A stretch of DNA of 64,000 nucleotides from assembly GCA_964397045.1 (NCBI GenBank), contig CAYNHF010000049.1:1027-65026 (forward strand), written 5' to 3'. The notes below the pieces were generated by a model that was given only the letters and a program-made list of their open reading frames with translations, was not told the DNA's origin and made no database searches. Numbering within the stretch: position 1 is the stretch's first letter; each line of letters opens with the position of its first letter. The DNA comes from an uncultured Acidimicrobiaceae bacterium (GTDB taxonomy: Bacteria > Actinomycetota > Acidimicrobiia > Spongiisociales > UBA5794). The translations under genes were made by a program, and so were the position numbers. Shown here piece by piece: positions 1-9,147 of the stretch.

Positions 1-1935
1 ACCGCGGCCCTGGCGATACCGGGGGTGGTAGCCGCCTACACGGCCGCGGACCTCCCGGGCGAACTCCGGGTGGGGATTATCCACACCGACTGGCCGGTCT
101 TCATCCCGGTTGGAGGCAGAACCTCGTACACCGGTGACGTGATCGCCATCGTCGTGGCAGAAGACGTCCAGACGGCCAGGGCCGCAGCAGATGCGATCAC
201 CGTCGAGTACAACGTCCTGGCACCGTTCACCGACCCGGCAGTCGCGGTCGCCGCCGCCGAGGACGCGGTCTGGGGACTCGATGGCAACGTCCTGTCGGTT
301 TCCAAATATGCCCGGGGCGATGTCGACGCGGCGCTGTCCACCTCGGCCCACACGGTGCACGAGGTCTTTTCGACACAACGTGTCGAACATGCCTTTCTCG
401 AACCCGAGTCAACCCTTGCCGTACCTGATCCCGACGGTCCGCTCCTCGTGTACTCGGGCGGGCAGGGCGTGTGGGACGACCGCAATCAGATTGCATCCGC
501 GCTCGGTCTGGAGACCGAAAAGGTCGTGGTCGAACTGGTATCGAACGGGGGTGCGTTCGGGGGTAAGGAAGACATGTCGAACCAGGCGCAAACGGCGCTG
601 GCCGCGCACCTTCTCGGAGTCCCCGTGAAGTGCACCTTGACTCGCGAGCAATCACTGCACATGCATCCGAAGCGACACCCGGTCCGGGTGGAGGTGTGGG
701 CCGGCTGTGACGAGGCGGGCAAGCTGAGCGCGTTGCGGGCCAGGATGCTTGGCGATTCTGGCCCGTATGCCTCCGTCGGCATGAAGGTCCTCGAACGAGC
801 AGCCGGCCATGCCAGCGGGCCCTATCTGTTCCCCAACGTCGATGTCGAGTCGGTCGCGGCTCGCACCAACAACTCCGTGTGCGGAGCCTTTCGCGGATTC
901 GGTGCCAACCAGGCCCAGTTCGCGACCGAAGGGGTGCTCGACCGGCTGGCGGATGCCGTCGGGATCTCAGGCTGGGAGATGCGGTCGCGCAACGTGGTCG
1001 AGCCGGGAGCGGTGTGGGGCCCTGGCCAAATCATGGATTCAGGAAGCGCCGGTGCCAGGCAGTGCCTGGACGCGGTCAAGCCCGCCTACGACGCGGCGCG
1101 GCGCGAAGGCAAGGCCGTCGGCCTGGGCCTGGGCCTGAAGAACTCGGGGCTCGGCAACGGCTTCGTCGAGGTGGCCCGAGCCGTCGTGCGGTTCGACGAG
1201 GACGGCACGATCGAGGTGCGCCACTGCTGGACGGAGATGGGCCAAGGTATTCACACCGTGGCCCGCCAGGTGGCGGTCGAGGAACTCGGCGTCGACCCGG
1301 AGCGGGTCAAGGTGATCGTGGATACCACCCGAGAATTCGGTGCGGGCCAGACCACCGGAAGCCGCGGCACCTTGATGGGATCCGGGGCGGTCAAGGACGC
1401 ATGCCGGGTGGCCAGGGAGAACGGCTTGGCGCCGGGCGTCGATCATGTCGGCGAATACCGGGTCGACTGGACCAATTCACTCGAAGAAGGGGTGGAGAAC
1501 CCGATTATCCACTCCGCCTTCGGCTACGCGGCGCAGTTGGTGATCGCAGACAAGGCCACCGGGTCGATCGAGCGGGTTGTCGCCGCCCACGACGTGGGAA
1601 AGGCGATGAATCCGCTGTTGTGCGAGGGCCAGATTGAAGGTGCGGTTCACATGGGTCTCGGTTACGCCCTGAGCGAGGACTTTCCGTGTGATGAGGAGGG
1701 GCGACCGGTCAACCTGACGCTGCGCTCGCTCGGAATCATCCGGCCGAAGGATGTACCGCAGGTGGAAGTGATCCTGGTGGAGGTGCCGCAGCCCGACGCT
1801 CCTTACGGGGTGAAGGGGGTCGGCGAGATCGGGCTCGTCCCGACTGCGGGTGCGGTCGCCGCCGCCTTCCGGGAGGTAGACGGGAAATGGCGGAGGGACC
1901 TTCCGCTGCTGGCACACGAGCCCCTGGAAGTGTGA
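1..1935 (+). CDS. Xanthine dehydrogenase / aldehyde oxidase family molybdopterin-binding subunit, 5'-truncated by the window edge
   Basis: The reading frame is open from base 1. The translation matches the middle and C-terminal parts of Mo-hydroxylase large subunits (a/b-hammerhead region AAYTAADLPG...DVIAIVVAED, then the MoCo-binding domains). It is paralogous to the complete 745-aa subunit at 6863..9100, and about 100 N-terminal residues are missing. Confidence 0.85.
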   Translation, partial: TAALAIPGVVAAYTAADLPGELRVGIIHTDWPVFIPVGGRTSYTGDVIAIVVAEDVQTARAAADAITVEYNVLAPFTDPAVAVAAAEDAVWGLDGNVLSVSKYARGDVDAALSTSAHTVHEVFSTQRVEHAFLEPESTLAVPDPDGPLLVYSGGQGVWDDRNQIASALGLETEKVVVELVSNGGAFGGKEDMSNQAQTALAAHLLGVPVKCTLTREQSLHMHPKRHPVRVEVWAGCDEAGKLSALRARMLGDSGPYASVGMKVLERAAGHASGPYLFPNVDVESVAARTNNSVCGAFRGFGANQAQFATEGVLDRLADAVGISGWEMRSRNVVEPGAVWGPGQIMDSGSAGARQCLDAVKPAYDAARREGKAVGLGLGLKNSGLGNGFVEVARAVVRFDEDGTIEVRHCWTEMGQGIHTVARQVAVEELGVDPERVKVIVDTTREFGAGQTTGSRGTLMGSGAVKDACRVARENGLAPGVDHVGEYRVDWTNSLEEGVENPIIHSAFGYAAQLVIADKATGSIERVVAAHDVGKAMNPLLCEGQIEGAVHMGLGYALSEDFPCDEEGRPVNLTLRSLGIIRPKDVPQVEVILVEVPQPDAPYGVKGVGEIGLVPTAGAVAAAFREVDGKWRRDLPLLAHEPLEV

Positions 1936-1942
1936 GGACACG

Positions 1943-2965
1943 ATGACGTCGGTCACTCCCGGTCTGGTCTGTGCCCACCATCACCTCTACTCGGTGCTGG
2001 CACGCGGCATGCCTGCGCCGCCGAGGACCCCGCAGAACTTCCTCGAGATTCTGGAGCAGATCTGGTGGCGCCTCGATCGAGCGCTCGACCTCGACATGCT
2101 CTACTGGTCGGCGAAGCTGGGTGCGCTCGAAGCACTCGAGTCCGGCACTACGGCCATCATCGACCACAACGAGACGCCCAATGCCATCGAGGGGAGCCTC
2201 GACGTCATTGCCAGGGCTTGTGCCGAGGTCGGCGTACGAGTGGTGTGCGCCTACGGTGTGAGCGACCGCAACGGGGCGGAAGGTGCGCAGCGAGGGCTCG
2301 AGGAGAACCAGCGCTTCCTCTCCGCAGGCGGGCGTGGTCTCGTCGGGATCCACGCTGCGTTCACGTGCTCAGACGACTTGCTGGCCGCCGCCTCGGAACT
2401 GGCGCGCGGTCAGGGTGTCGGCGTCCATATCCATGTTGCAGAGGGGATCGAAGACATCGATGCCCCTGCTCGGTTGGAAGGCCTCACCGAAGCGAGCTGG
2501 CTGCTGGCGCATTGTGTCCACCTGCCCACGGAGAACGCGCTTACGGGCACGATCCTCCACAACCCCCGGTCGAATCTGAACAACGCGGTCGGGTACGCCG
2601 CTCCGGCTCGTTTCGCTCAGCCGGTGGCGCTGGGAACAGATGGCATCGGGGCCAATGTGCTCGAGTCCATGCGTCTTGCCTACGCCATGGCCCGCTCGGT
2701 TGATGTCACCTCGACCCCGGATGAGGCTTGGGAATGGCTGGAGGAAGGCTGGAATCTCGTGCCGGAGGCGCGCGACGACCGGGTGACCTGGTCGTACGAA
2801 CCGATGGATCCTTGGTACGTGGCTTTCACTCCGGGAATCCGTCCGCTCGAGGTGGTGGTCGACGGAGAGACCGTCCTCGACGAAGGGGTGGCAACGAAGG
2901 TCGAGGCTTTGGAGATACGCGCCAAAGCCGCAGAGCAGGCAAAGCGATTGCACGCGAAGTTGTGA
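1943..2965 (+). CDS. ssnA: SsnA-like cyclic amidohydrolase (chlorohydrolase/aminohydrolase superfamily), lacking the usual N-terminal beta-sandwich
   Basis: The HxH metal motif sits at residues 11-13 (VCAHHHLYSVLARG). There is a long colinear match to E. coli SsnA as I recall it (WWRLDRAL, IIDHNETP, EENQRF, HNPRSNLNN, LGTDG). A GAGGA RBS lies upstream of the ATG at 1943, and the stop of the upstream gene is 8 nt before it. Confidence 0.6.
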   Translation: MTSVTPGLVCAHHHLYSVLARGMPAPPRTPQNFLEILEQIWWRLDRALDLDMLYWSAKLGALEALESGTTAIIDHNETPNAIEGSLDVIARACAEVGVRVVCAYGVSDRNGAEGAQRGLEENQRFLSAGGRGLVGIHAAFTCSDDLLAAASELARGQGVGVHIHVAEGIEDIDAPARLEGLTEASWLLAHCVHLPTENALTGTILHNPRSNLNNAVGYAAPARFAQPVALGTDGIGANVLESMRLAYAMARSVDVTSTPDEAWEWLEEGWNLVPEARDDRVTWSYEPMDPWYVAFTPGIRPLEVVVDGETVLDEGVATKVEALEIRAKAAEQAKRLHAKL

Positions 2966-2981
2966 GAAGAGGAGGGTTGCG

Positions 2982-4802
2982 ATGTCCAATGTGAGCACCA
3001 CCGAGCTCAGGCCTCCGGAAGCGGCACCACTCACGCCGTATCCGCTCGACGTCCTTCTCGGCCGCATCGTCGAAGAATGGGAGACCAGGCAGCGCATCTT
3101 CGATCTCCTGAAGGCGCGCATCTACAAGGCAGGCACCGGGCCCGATCTGTCCATCGACTTCATGGGTCGCAAGGCGGCCACCCCGCTCGGCCCCGCCGCC
3201 GGGCCCCACAGCCAGTTGGCGGAGAACATCGTGCTCGGGTGGCTCGCCGGAGCACGTCTGTTCGAGTTGAAGACGGTCCAGATTCTCGACGAGCTCGAGA
3301 TCGCACGGCCCTGCATCGACATGCAGACCATCGGCTACAACATCGAGTGGAGCCAGGAACTGAAGATCCCGCAGTCTCTCGAGGAATACGTGAAGGCCTG
3401 GATGATCATCGACATCATCAAGGACTGGGAGCCGGTGAAGCAGCTCGTGGGCGATACGCCGGGGCCGCACATCTTCGACATTTCCGTGGGGTACGACCTT
3501 GCAGGAATCTCCACCCCAGAGGTGGGGGGGTTCATCGACCGCATGATGGACGCCACTGCCGAGATCGATCGACTCCGGCCGTCGATCCCTGAGCCGTTCA
3601 CCGCGTACCGCGACTACGCGTTTGACCCGAGAGTTGCGAGCACGGCCACGCTGTCAACGTTCCACGGATGTCCACCAGACGAGATCGAGGCCATCACCAA
3701 ACACCTGATGACGCGCCACGGCCTAGACGTGATCGTGAAGCTGAACCCGACGCTGCTGGGTTACGAGAAGGTGGACGAAATCATTCACGACCGCCTCGGC
3801 TACGACTACGTGCGGCTGGTGCGCGACGCCTTCGACGAAGACCTGCAGTTCCCCAGGGCACTGGAGTTGATCGGCGAATTGGGCGACTTCGCAGCCGCGC
3901 AGGGGCGCCGCTTCGGTATCAAGCTGACCAACACGCTGGTGGTGGAGAACCACAAGGGTTTCATGCCTGAGGAACGTATGTATCTATCCGGTGCCCCACT
4001 CCACACGCTGGCGATCAGCATCCTCAACGAGCTGGTCACGGCGCTTCCCGGCACATTCGCCGTCGGGAGTGCGACGTCTGGTGCACAGGTGAGTTTTTCG
4101 GCAGGGGTGAGCAAGGACAACGTCACGGACGCGGTGGGACTCGGGCTGGCGCCGGTGACGGTGTGCTCCGACCTGCTCAAGCCCGGCGGCTACGGCCGAA
4201 TCGCTCCGATGCTCAAGGAGCTGGAGAAGACACTCAGCGCAGCCGACTGCAGCTCGGTCGCTGAGTGGAGGGCAAGCCGCCACGATGCCGCGGTCGCAGC
4301 CGGCTATCGCGATGCGATCGAGGCGCACACGGTGGCGATCACAGCTGCCGCCGCGGGCAATCCGTATGCCGCGATCGCCAATGCCAAGCTGCCGCGAGAG
4401 GTGGATCACACGCTCGAGATGTGGGGCTGCGTGGCCTGCAACTTCTGTGTGACGGTGTGCCCCAACAACGCGGTCCTCAAGCTGAAGACTCCGGAGGACA
4501 TGGAGCAACTGGAAGACCGCTGGCAGTACTTCATTCTGGCCGAGTTGTGCAACGAGTGCGGCAACTGCATGGTGTTCTGTCCCGAGGTCGGCGACCCGGC
4601 GAAGATCAAGCCCCGTCTGTTCATCGACGACGATCGGTTCGCGCTCGAATCGGCGCAAGCACAGGCGTTTCTCATAACAGAAGGCGGCGCCGGTGCCTTC
4701 ACAGTGACCCCGACGGAAGCAACGGATAGCGAGGCAGAGACGCTCGCAACGATCCTCAATTCTGCGGAAGGTCTGCCGCTGGCGAAGGCGTCGCCGGGGT
4801 GA
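2982..4802 (+). CDS. DHOD/PreA-like TIM-barrel flavoprotein with C-terminal 2x[4Fe-4S] ferredoxin domain (YgfK N-terminal-like), plus a ~100-aa C-terminal extension
   Basis: The N-terminal region resembles the class-1 dihydroorotate / dihydropyrimidine dehydrogenase fold (TPLGPAAGPHSQLAENIVLGWLAGARLFELKTVQ). It carries two CxxCxxCxxxCP clusters (CVACNFCVTVCP, CNECGNCMVFCP). A strong RBS GAGGAGGG precedes the ATG at 2982. Confidence 0.5.
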   Translation: MSNVSTTELRPPEAAPLTPYPLDVLLGRIVEEWETRQRIFDLLKARIYKAGTGPDLSIDFMGRKAATPLGPAAGPHSQLAENIVLGWLAGARLFELKTVQILDELEIARPCIDMQTIGYNIEWSQELKIPQSLEEYVKAWMIIDIIKDWEPVKQLVGDTPGPHIFDISVGYDLAGISTPEVGGFIDRMMDATAEIDRLRPSIPEPFTAYRDYAFDPRVASTATLSTFHGCPPDEIEAITKHLMTRHGLDVIVKLNPTLLGYEKVDEIIHDRLGYDYVRLVRDAFDEDLQFPRALELIGELGDFAAAQGRRFGIKLTNTLVVENHKGFMPEERMYLSGAPLHTLAISILNELVTALPGTFAVGSATSGAQVSFSAGVSKDNVTDAVGLGLAPVTVCSDLLKPGGYGRIAPMLKELEKTLSAADCSSVAEWRASRHDAAVAAGYRDAIEAHTVAITAAAAGNPYAAIANAKLPREVDHTLEMWGCVACNFCVTVCPNNAVLKLKTPEDMEQLEDRWQYFILAELCNECGNCMVFCPEVGDPAKIKPRLFIDDDRFALESAQAQAFLITEGGAGAFTVTPTEATDSEAETLATILNSAEGLPLAKASPG

Positions 4803-5398
4803 GCGGGAGACGTCTTCCGCTGCGCACCGAACTCGTCCTGCCGGACTGGTTCGCCGACGTGGAGGTACCGGAGTCCAGCGACGGGGACGAGGCTCGAATG
4901 GCGTTTGTGGTCGACCTGGCGCGGCGCAACGTTGAGCACGGCACCGGCGGCCCTTTCAGCTCTGCAGTGTTCTCTCTCGAAGAGGGAGCACTGGTGTCGG
5001 TTGGAGTCAACCTCGTCGAGCCGAGCCTGGCTGCGATCGCGCACGCCGAGATCGTCGCGATCGCACTCGCGGGCCGAGCGCTCGGATCTTTCGACTGCGG
5101 AGCGCGCGGGCCAACCGAACTCGTCGCGTCGACCGAGCCGTGTGCGATGTGCCTCGGCGCTGTCCCGTGGTCCGGGGTGGAGCGACTGGTGTGCGGGGCC
5201 AGCGATGCGGATGCGCGGGCGGTTGGGTTCGACGAGGGCAACAAGCCGGCAGGCTGGGAGCGGCTGCTGGAGAAGCAAGGAATCGAGGTCGTGACCGGGG
5301 TGCTGCGAGACTTGTCGGTGTCGGTGCTCACCGACTACGCCGCGGGCGGAGGCACGATCTACAACAGCGGTACGGCGGAAGGGGTGCGCGGTGCATGA
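4799..5398 (+). CDS. CDA-fold zinc deaminase, guanine deaminase (GuaD)-like
   Basis: HAE...PCxxC zinc-binding signature (AHAEIVAIALAG ... TEPCAMCLGAVPWSG) with a colinear match to B. subtilis GuaD. The GTG start overlaps the upstream stop (GTGA); an alternative ATG at 4895 is possible. Confidence 0.7.
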   Translation: MSGRRLPLRTELVLPDWFADVEVPESSDGDEARMAFVVDLARRNVEHGTGGPFSSAVFSLEEGALVSVGVNLVEPSLAAIAHAEIVAIALAGRALGSFDCGARGPTELVASTEPCAMCLGAVPWSGVERLVCGASDADARAVGFDEGNKPAGWERLLEKQGIEVVTGVLRDLSVSVLTDYAAGGGTIYNSGTAEGVRGA

Positions 5399-6866
5399 GG
5401 TTCAGGTAGCGGGAGTCGGGGTGGCGGAGCACGCCACCGTCGCCTCTGTGGATGAGGCGCTGCAACTTCTCGCCGAATCCGGGGAAGCGGCGCGCCTGGT
5501 TGCCGGCGGCACCGATCTCCTGCTCGAACTTGCCCGCAACGTTCGCCCCGGTATCACCAGACTCATCGATATCAGCCGGGTTCCCGGGCTCGCCAGTATC
5601 GGAGTCGACGCAGACAGAACCGTGCACGTCGGCCCCCTGGTGACGCACAACGACGCGGTCGCCTCGCCCCTGCTGCGAGAAAGCGCGCTGCCGCTGGCGC
5701 AGGCGTGCTGGGAGGTGGGGTCGCCGCAGTTGCGCAACCGGGCCACCATCGCCGGAAACCTCGTGACCGCCAGTCCTGCCAACGACACCATCTCGGCTTT
5801 GCGAGCCCTCGGTGCCGACGTCACACTGCAGTCGGTGCGGGGGGAGCGCACGGTGGCACTGCGAGATTTCTACACCGGGGTGCGCCGGACAGTGATGCAG
5901 CAGGACGAGATGCTGGTAGACATCTCGTTTCCTGCGATGACGCCTGCGCAGCGGGGCATTTTCGTCAAGCTTGGGCTGCGGCGGGCCCAGGCGATCTCGG
6001 TGGTTCACCTCGCGATCGTCGGCGAGTTCGAAGGGGCCAAGGTGACGAAAGCTACGATCGCGCTCGGCAGCGTGGCTCCGACCATCGTCACCGCAGACGC
6101 CGCAGCCGACATGCTGGTCGGCTCCGAACTCGATGAGACGACGATCGAACGAGCCGCAGCCGCGGCCGGTGCGCTACCTACTCCAATCGACGATCTGCGG
6201 GCAACCGCCGAGTATCGGGCTGAGTTGATACCCACCATGGTCACCCGGGGGCTGCGAGCACTACGAGACGGGACCGAGGCAGCCCACCTGCCTGCGACTC
6301 CGGCGCGATTGGCGCCGCACCCGGTAGCCGCCACGGCGACGTCCGCACGGCATGGTCAGACAGAGCCGGTGGTGGCCACGGTGAACGGACTCACCATCGA
6401 GGCACCGGGAGCCGCCGGGGTGACGCTCCTCGACTGGCTCCGAGACGTGGCGGCACCTGAGGCGGCGGCTTCGCTGTATGGCACCAAGGAAGGTTGTGCC
6501 GAGGGTGAATGCGGTGCTTGCACCGTGGTGCTCGACGGCGCCGCGGTGATGGCGTGCCTGGTGCCTGCCGCCCGCGCCCATCGCGCCGAAGTCATCACCA
6601 TCGAGGGGCTGCGAGACCCATCCGATCCGGACCGGTTGCACCCACTTCAGCAGGCGTTCGTAGATCAGGGTGCTGTGCAATGTGGCTTCTGCATTCCCGG
6701 CTTCCTGATGTCGGGTGCGATGCTGCTCGACGAGTTTCCGGAGCCCACTGCGGACCAGGTGCGTCAGGGTTTTGCGGGCAACCTGTGTCGCTGCACCGGC
6801 TACTACAAGATGTTCACCGCGGTCGACCAGGCAGCCCGTGACCTCGCGGCGGGGGGGCGGTCATGA
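5391..6866 (+). CDS. Fused molybdenum-hydroxylase FAD-binding subunit (CoxM/XdhB-like) and [2Fe-2S] subunit (CoxS/XdhC-like)
   Basis: The N-terminal ~290 aa is a CO-dehydrogenase flavoprotein-type domain (LVAGGTDLLLEL, AGNLVTASPANDT). The C-terminal part has plant-type and second 2Fe-2S motifs (CAEGECGACTVVLDG, CGFCIPGF, CRCTGY). The GTG start overlaps the upstream stop, and its own stop overlaps the next ATG (ATGA). Confidence 0.85.
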   Translation: MHEVQVAGVGVAEHATVASVDEALQLLAESGEAARLVAGGTDLLLELARNVRPGITRLIDISRVPGLASIGVDADRTVHVGPLVTHNDAVASPLLRESALPLAQACWEVGSPQLRNRATIAGNLVTASPANDTISALRALGADVTLQSVRGERTVALRDFYTGVRRTVMQQDEMLVDISFPAMTPAQRGIFVKLGLRRAQAISVVHLAIVGEFEGAKVTKATIALGSVAPTIVTADAAADMLVGSELDETTIERAAAAAGALPTPIDDLRATAEYRAELIPTMVTRGLRALRDGTEAAHLPATPARLAPHPVAATATSARHGQTEPVVATVNGLTIEAPGAAGVTLLDWLRDVAAPEAAASLYGTKEGCAEGECGACTVVLDGAAVMACLVPAARAHRAEVITIEGLRDPSDPDRLHPLQQAFVDQGAVQCGFCIPGFLMSGAMLLDEFPEPTADQVRQGFAGNLCRCTGYYKMFTAVDQAARDLAAGGRS

Positions 6867-9100
6867 CGGTTGGTGCTTCCTCGACCCGCATCGACGCCCC
6901 GGGAAAGGTCACCGGAGCCACGCGGTATCCCGCCGACCTGGCTCACGACGGCCTGCATGCTCAGGTCGTCTTCACCGACCAGCCGCATGCCCGGATGCTG
7001 AGTATGGATCTCACCGCGGCACGGGCGGTGCCCGGGGTTGTTGAAATCTTCACCGCGGCCGACGTGCCGGTGAACGAGTACGGGCTGACCATGTTCGATC
7101 AGCCCGTCTTCGTAGGGGTCGGCGCAACCGGCCGCAGCGAGGTTCCCTCCGACGTGAGCAGGTGGGAGGCGGATCACGTCGCCCTCGTCGTTGCGGAGAC
7201 ACCTGCCGCTGCCAACAAGGCAGCCGGTGCGATTGCGATCGAATGGGAGCCGTTGCGCCTTGTTGCCGACCTGGATGCGGCACTGAATGGCTCGACCCTG
7301 GTGCACCCTGAAAACGGCATTGGATCCAACATCTATGTGCACCAGAGGATCCGGAAGGGTGACGTCGCCGCGGCCTGGGAGCGAGCCGAGGTGATCATCG
7401 AAGGCACCTACGAGCTGCCCCATCAAGAGCATGCCTACCTGCAACCGGAAGCCGCCGTCAGCTACGTCGATGAACAGGGGCGGGTGACGGTCGAGATTGC
7501 CGGTCAATGGACCCACGAGGACCAGGAACAGATCGCCCACGCCCTCGATCTACCCGCGGAACAGGTCCGAGTGATCTACCCGGCGATCGGCGGCGCGTTC
7601 GGTGGTCGCGAGGACATGACGCTGCAGATCGTGATGGCACTGGCCTCATGGCGGCTCGCGGAGCGTGGCGAGCTGCGCCCGATCCGCACCACTTGGTCGC
7701 GCGAGGAGAGCATCGTCGGACATCACAAGCGACACCGTGGTCGGATCCACACCCGGTGGGGAGCGACCCGGGAGGGTGAACTGATCGTCGTCGAGGCGGA
7801 CGCGTATCTCGACGCCGGTGCCTACAACTACACCACGAACAAGGTGCTCGGCAATCTCCACCTCAGCGTTGCGGGCCCCTACCGGGTGCCGAATGCGCGT
7901 ATTGACAGCATGGGGGTCTACACCACCTCCGTCCCCGGTGGCGCGTTCCGGGGGTTCGGTGCGCCGCAGGGGGCGTTTGCTGCCGAGAGCCAGATGAACA
8001 AGCTGGCCGCTGAGCTCCAAATGGACCCGGTCGAGCTCCGCCTGAAGAACGCGCTGCGCGAGGGGAGCATCGGGATCACGATGGTGGAGATGCCCGCGGG
8101 CGTGAGTCTTCCTACGGTCATCGAGGAGTGCGCCGTAGCGTCGAGCTGGTCGACGCCACGGGAGCCGGTTCCAACGTTTCGCCCCTTTCAATCGCTTCCC
8201 GCGGAGCCCGGTGCGATTCGGATCGGCAGGGGGTTTGCGTGCTCCTACAAGAATGTCGGCTTCTCGTTCGGTTTCCCGGAGAACTCCACGGCACGGATCG
8301 AACTCGAGGGGGACACGGCCATCGAACTGGTGCGCCTCTTCTATGCCGGGGCAGACGTCGGTCAGGGTGGCCACACTGCATGGATCCAGATGGCCGCGGA
8401 AGCGACCGGAGTCGACCCGGAGCTGGTCCAGGCAGAGTTCTCCGACACTGCGTCAGCGGACAACTCGGGCTCGGCTTCGGCATCCCGGCTCACCTGGATG
8501 ACAGGCAACGCGATCCTCGGGGCCGCCGAAGAAGCAGGCAAAGCGTGGGTCGATGGTGACCGCCCCGCGATCGGCGACTTCAAGTTCGTCCCGCCTCCAA
8601 CCCAGGCACTCGACCCAGACACCGGGTTCGGCCAGCCGAACTTCGCGTACGGATACGTGGCAGAGGCAGTCGAGGTCGCGGTCGACATCGAAACCGGGCA
8701 CGTCGAGGTCCGCGATGTCACCTGCGCGGTCGACGTCGGGAAGGCGATCAACCCGAACCTGGTCGAGGGCCAGATCGAGGGAGCCGTGGTCCAGGCCCAC
8801 GGGTACGCCGTCACCGAGAACCTCCAGGTTGCCGAGGGACGAGTCCTGAATCCGCGACTGTCGACGTATCTCATCCCGGGAATCATGGACATTCCGGTCC
8901 GGGTGCACAGTGTGATCGTGGAGGAGCCAGACCCGCGGGGTCCGTGGGGAGCCAGGGGCATGGCCGAGATGCCGTTCATACCGTTCGCACCCGCCGTGGT
9001 CGCCGCGCTCTACGACGCGACCGGTGTCTGGTTCCACGGGTTCCCGCTAACGCCCCCACGAGTCAGGGCTGCCTTGGTCGCGGCAGGCGTCACCGGCTGA
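6863..9100 (+). CDS. Xanthine dehydrogenase family molybdopterin-binding subunit (complete, 745 aa)
   Basis: Full-length Mo-hydroxylase large-subunit architecture (N-terminal a/b hammerhead, GGAFGGRED-type MoCo motifs, C-terminal dimerisation domain). It is translationally coupled to the FAD/Fe-S gene. Confidence 0.9.
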   Translation: MTVGASSTRIDAPGKVTGATRYPADLAHDGLHAQVVFTDQPHARMLSMDLTAARAVPGVVEIFTAADVPVNEYGLTMFDQPVFVGVGATGRSEVPSDVSRWEADHVALVVAETPAAANKAAGAIAIEWEPLRLVADLDAALNGSTLVHPENGIGSNIYVHQRIRKGDVAAAWERAEVIIEGTYELPHQEHAYLQPEAAVSYVDEQGRVTVEIAGQWTHEDQEQIAHALDLPAEQVRVIYPAIGGAFGGREDMTLQIVMALASWRLAERGELRPIRTTWSREESIVGHHKRHRGRIHTRWGATREGELIVVEADAYLDAGAYNYTTNKVLGNLHLSVAGPYRVPNARIDSMGVYTTSVPGGAFRGFGAPQGAFAAESQMNKLAAELQMDPVELRLKNALREGSIGITMVEMPAGVSLPTVIEECAVASSWSTPREPVPTFRPFQSLPAEPGAIRIGRGFACSYKNVGFSFGFPENSTARIELEGDTAIELVRLFYAGADVGQGGHTAWIQMAAEATGVDPELVQAEFSDTASADNSGSASASRLTWMTGNAILGAAEEAGKAWVDGDRPAIGDFKFVPPPTQALDPDTGFGQPNFAYGYVAEAVEVAVDIETGHVEVRDVTCAVDVGKAINPNLVEGQIEGAVVQAHGYAVTENLQVAEGRVLNPRLSTYLIPGIMDIPVRVHSVIVEEPDPRGPWGARGMAEMPFIPFAPAVVAALYDATGVWFHGFPLTPPRVRAALVAAGVTG

Positions 9101-9147
9101 CGGTTGGCCCCTATCTGCCGTGGTCGCCGGCATGCCAGGATGGACCC

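Noticed and set aside
879-1637. 252-aa Arg/Gly-rich ORF in an alternative + frame
   Set aside because: It lies entirely inside the XDH Mo-subunit gene in another frame and is compositionally biased (RGGRG repeats) with no domain.
8944-9147. 5' extension of the E2-domain ORF (335-aa version starting at 8944)
   Set aside because: This portion overlaps the C-terminus of the Mo-subunit gene in another frame and is Arg-rich nonsense. The ATG at 9148, just after the upstream stop, is the plausible start.
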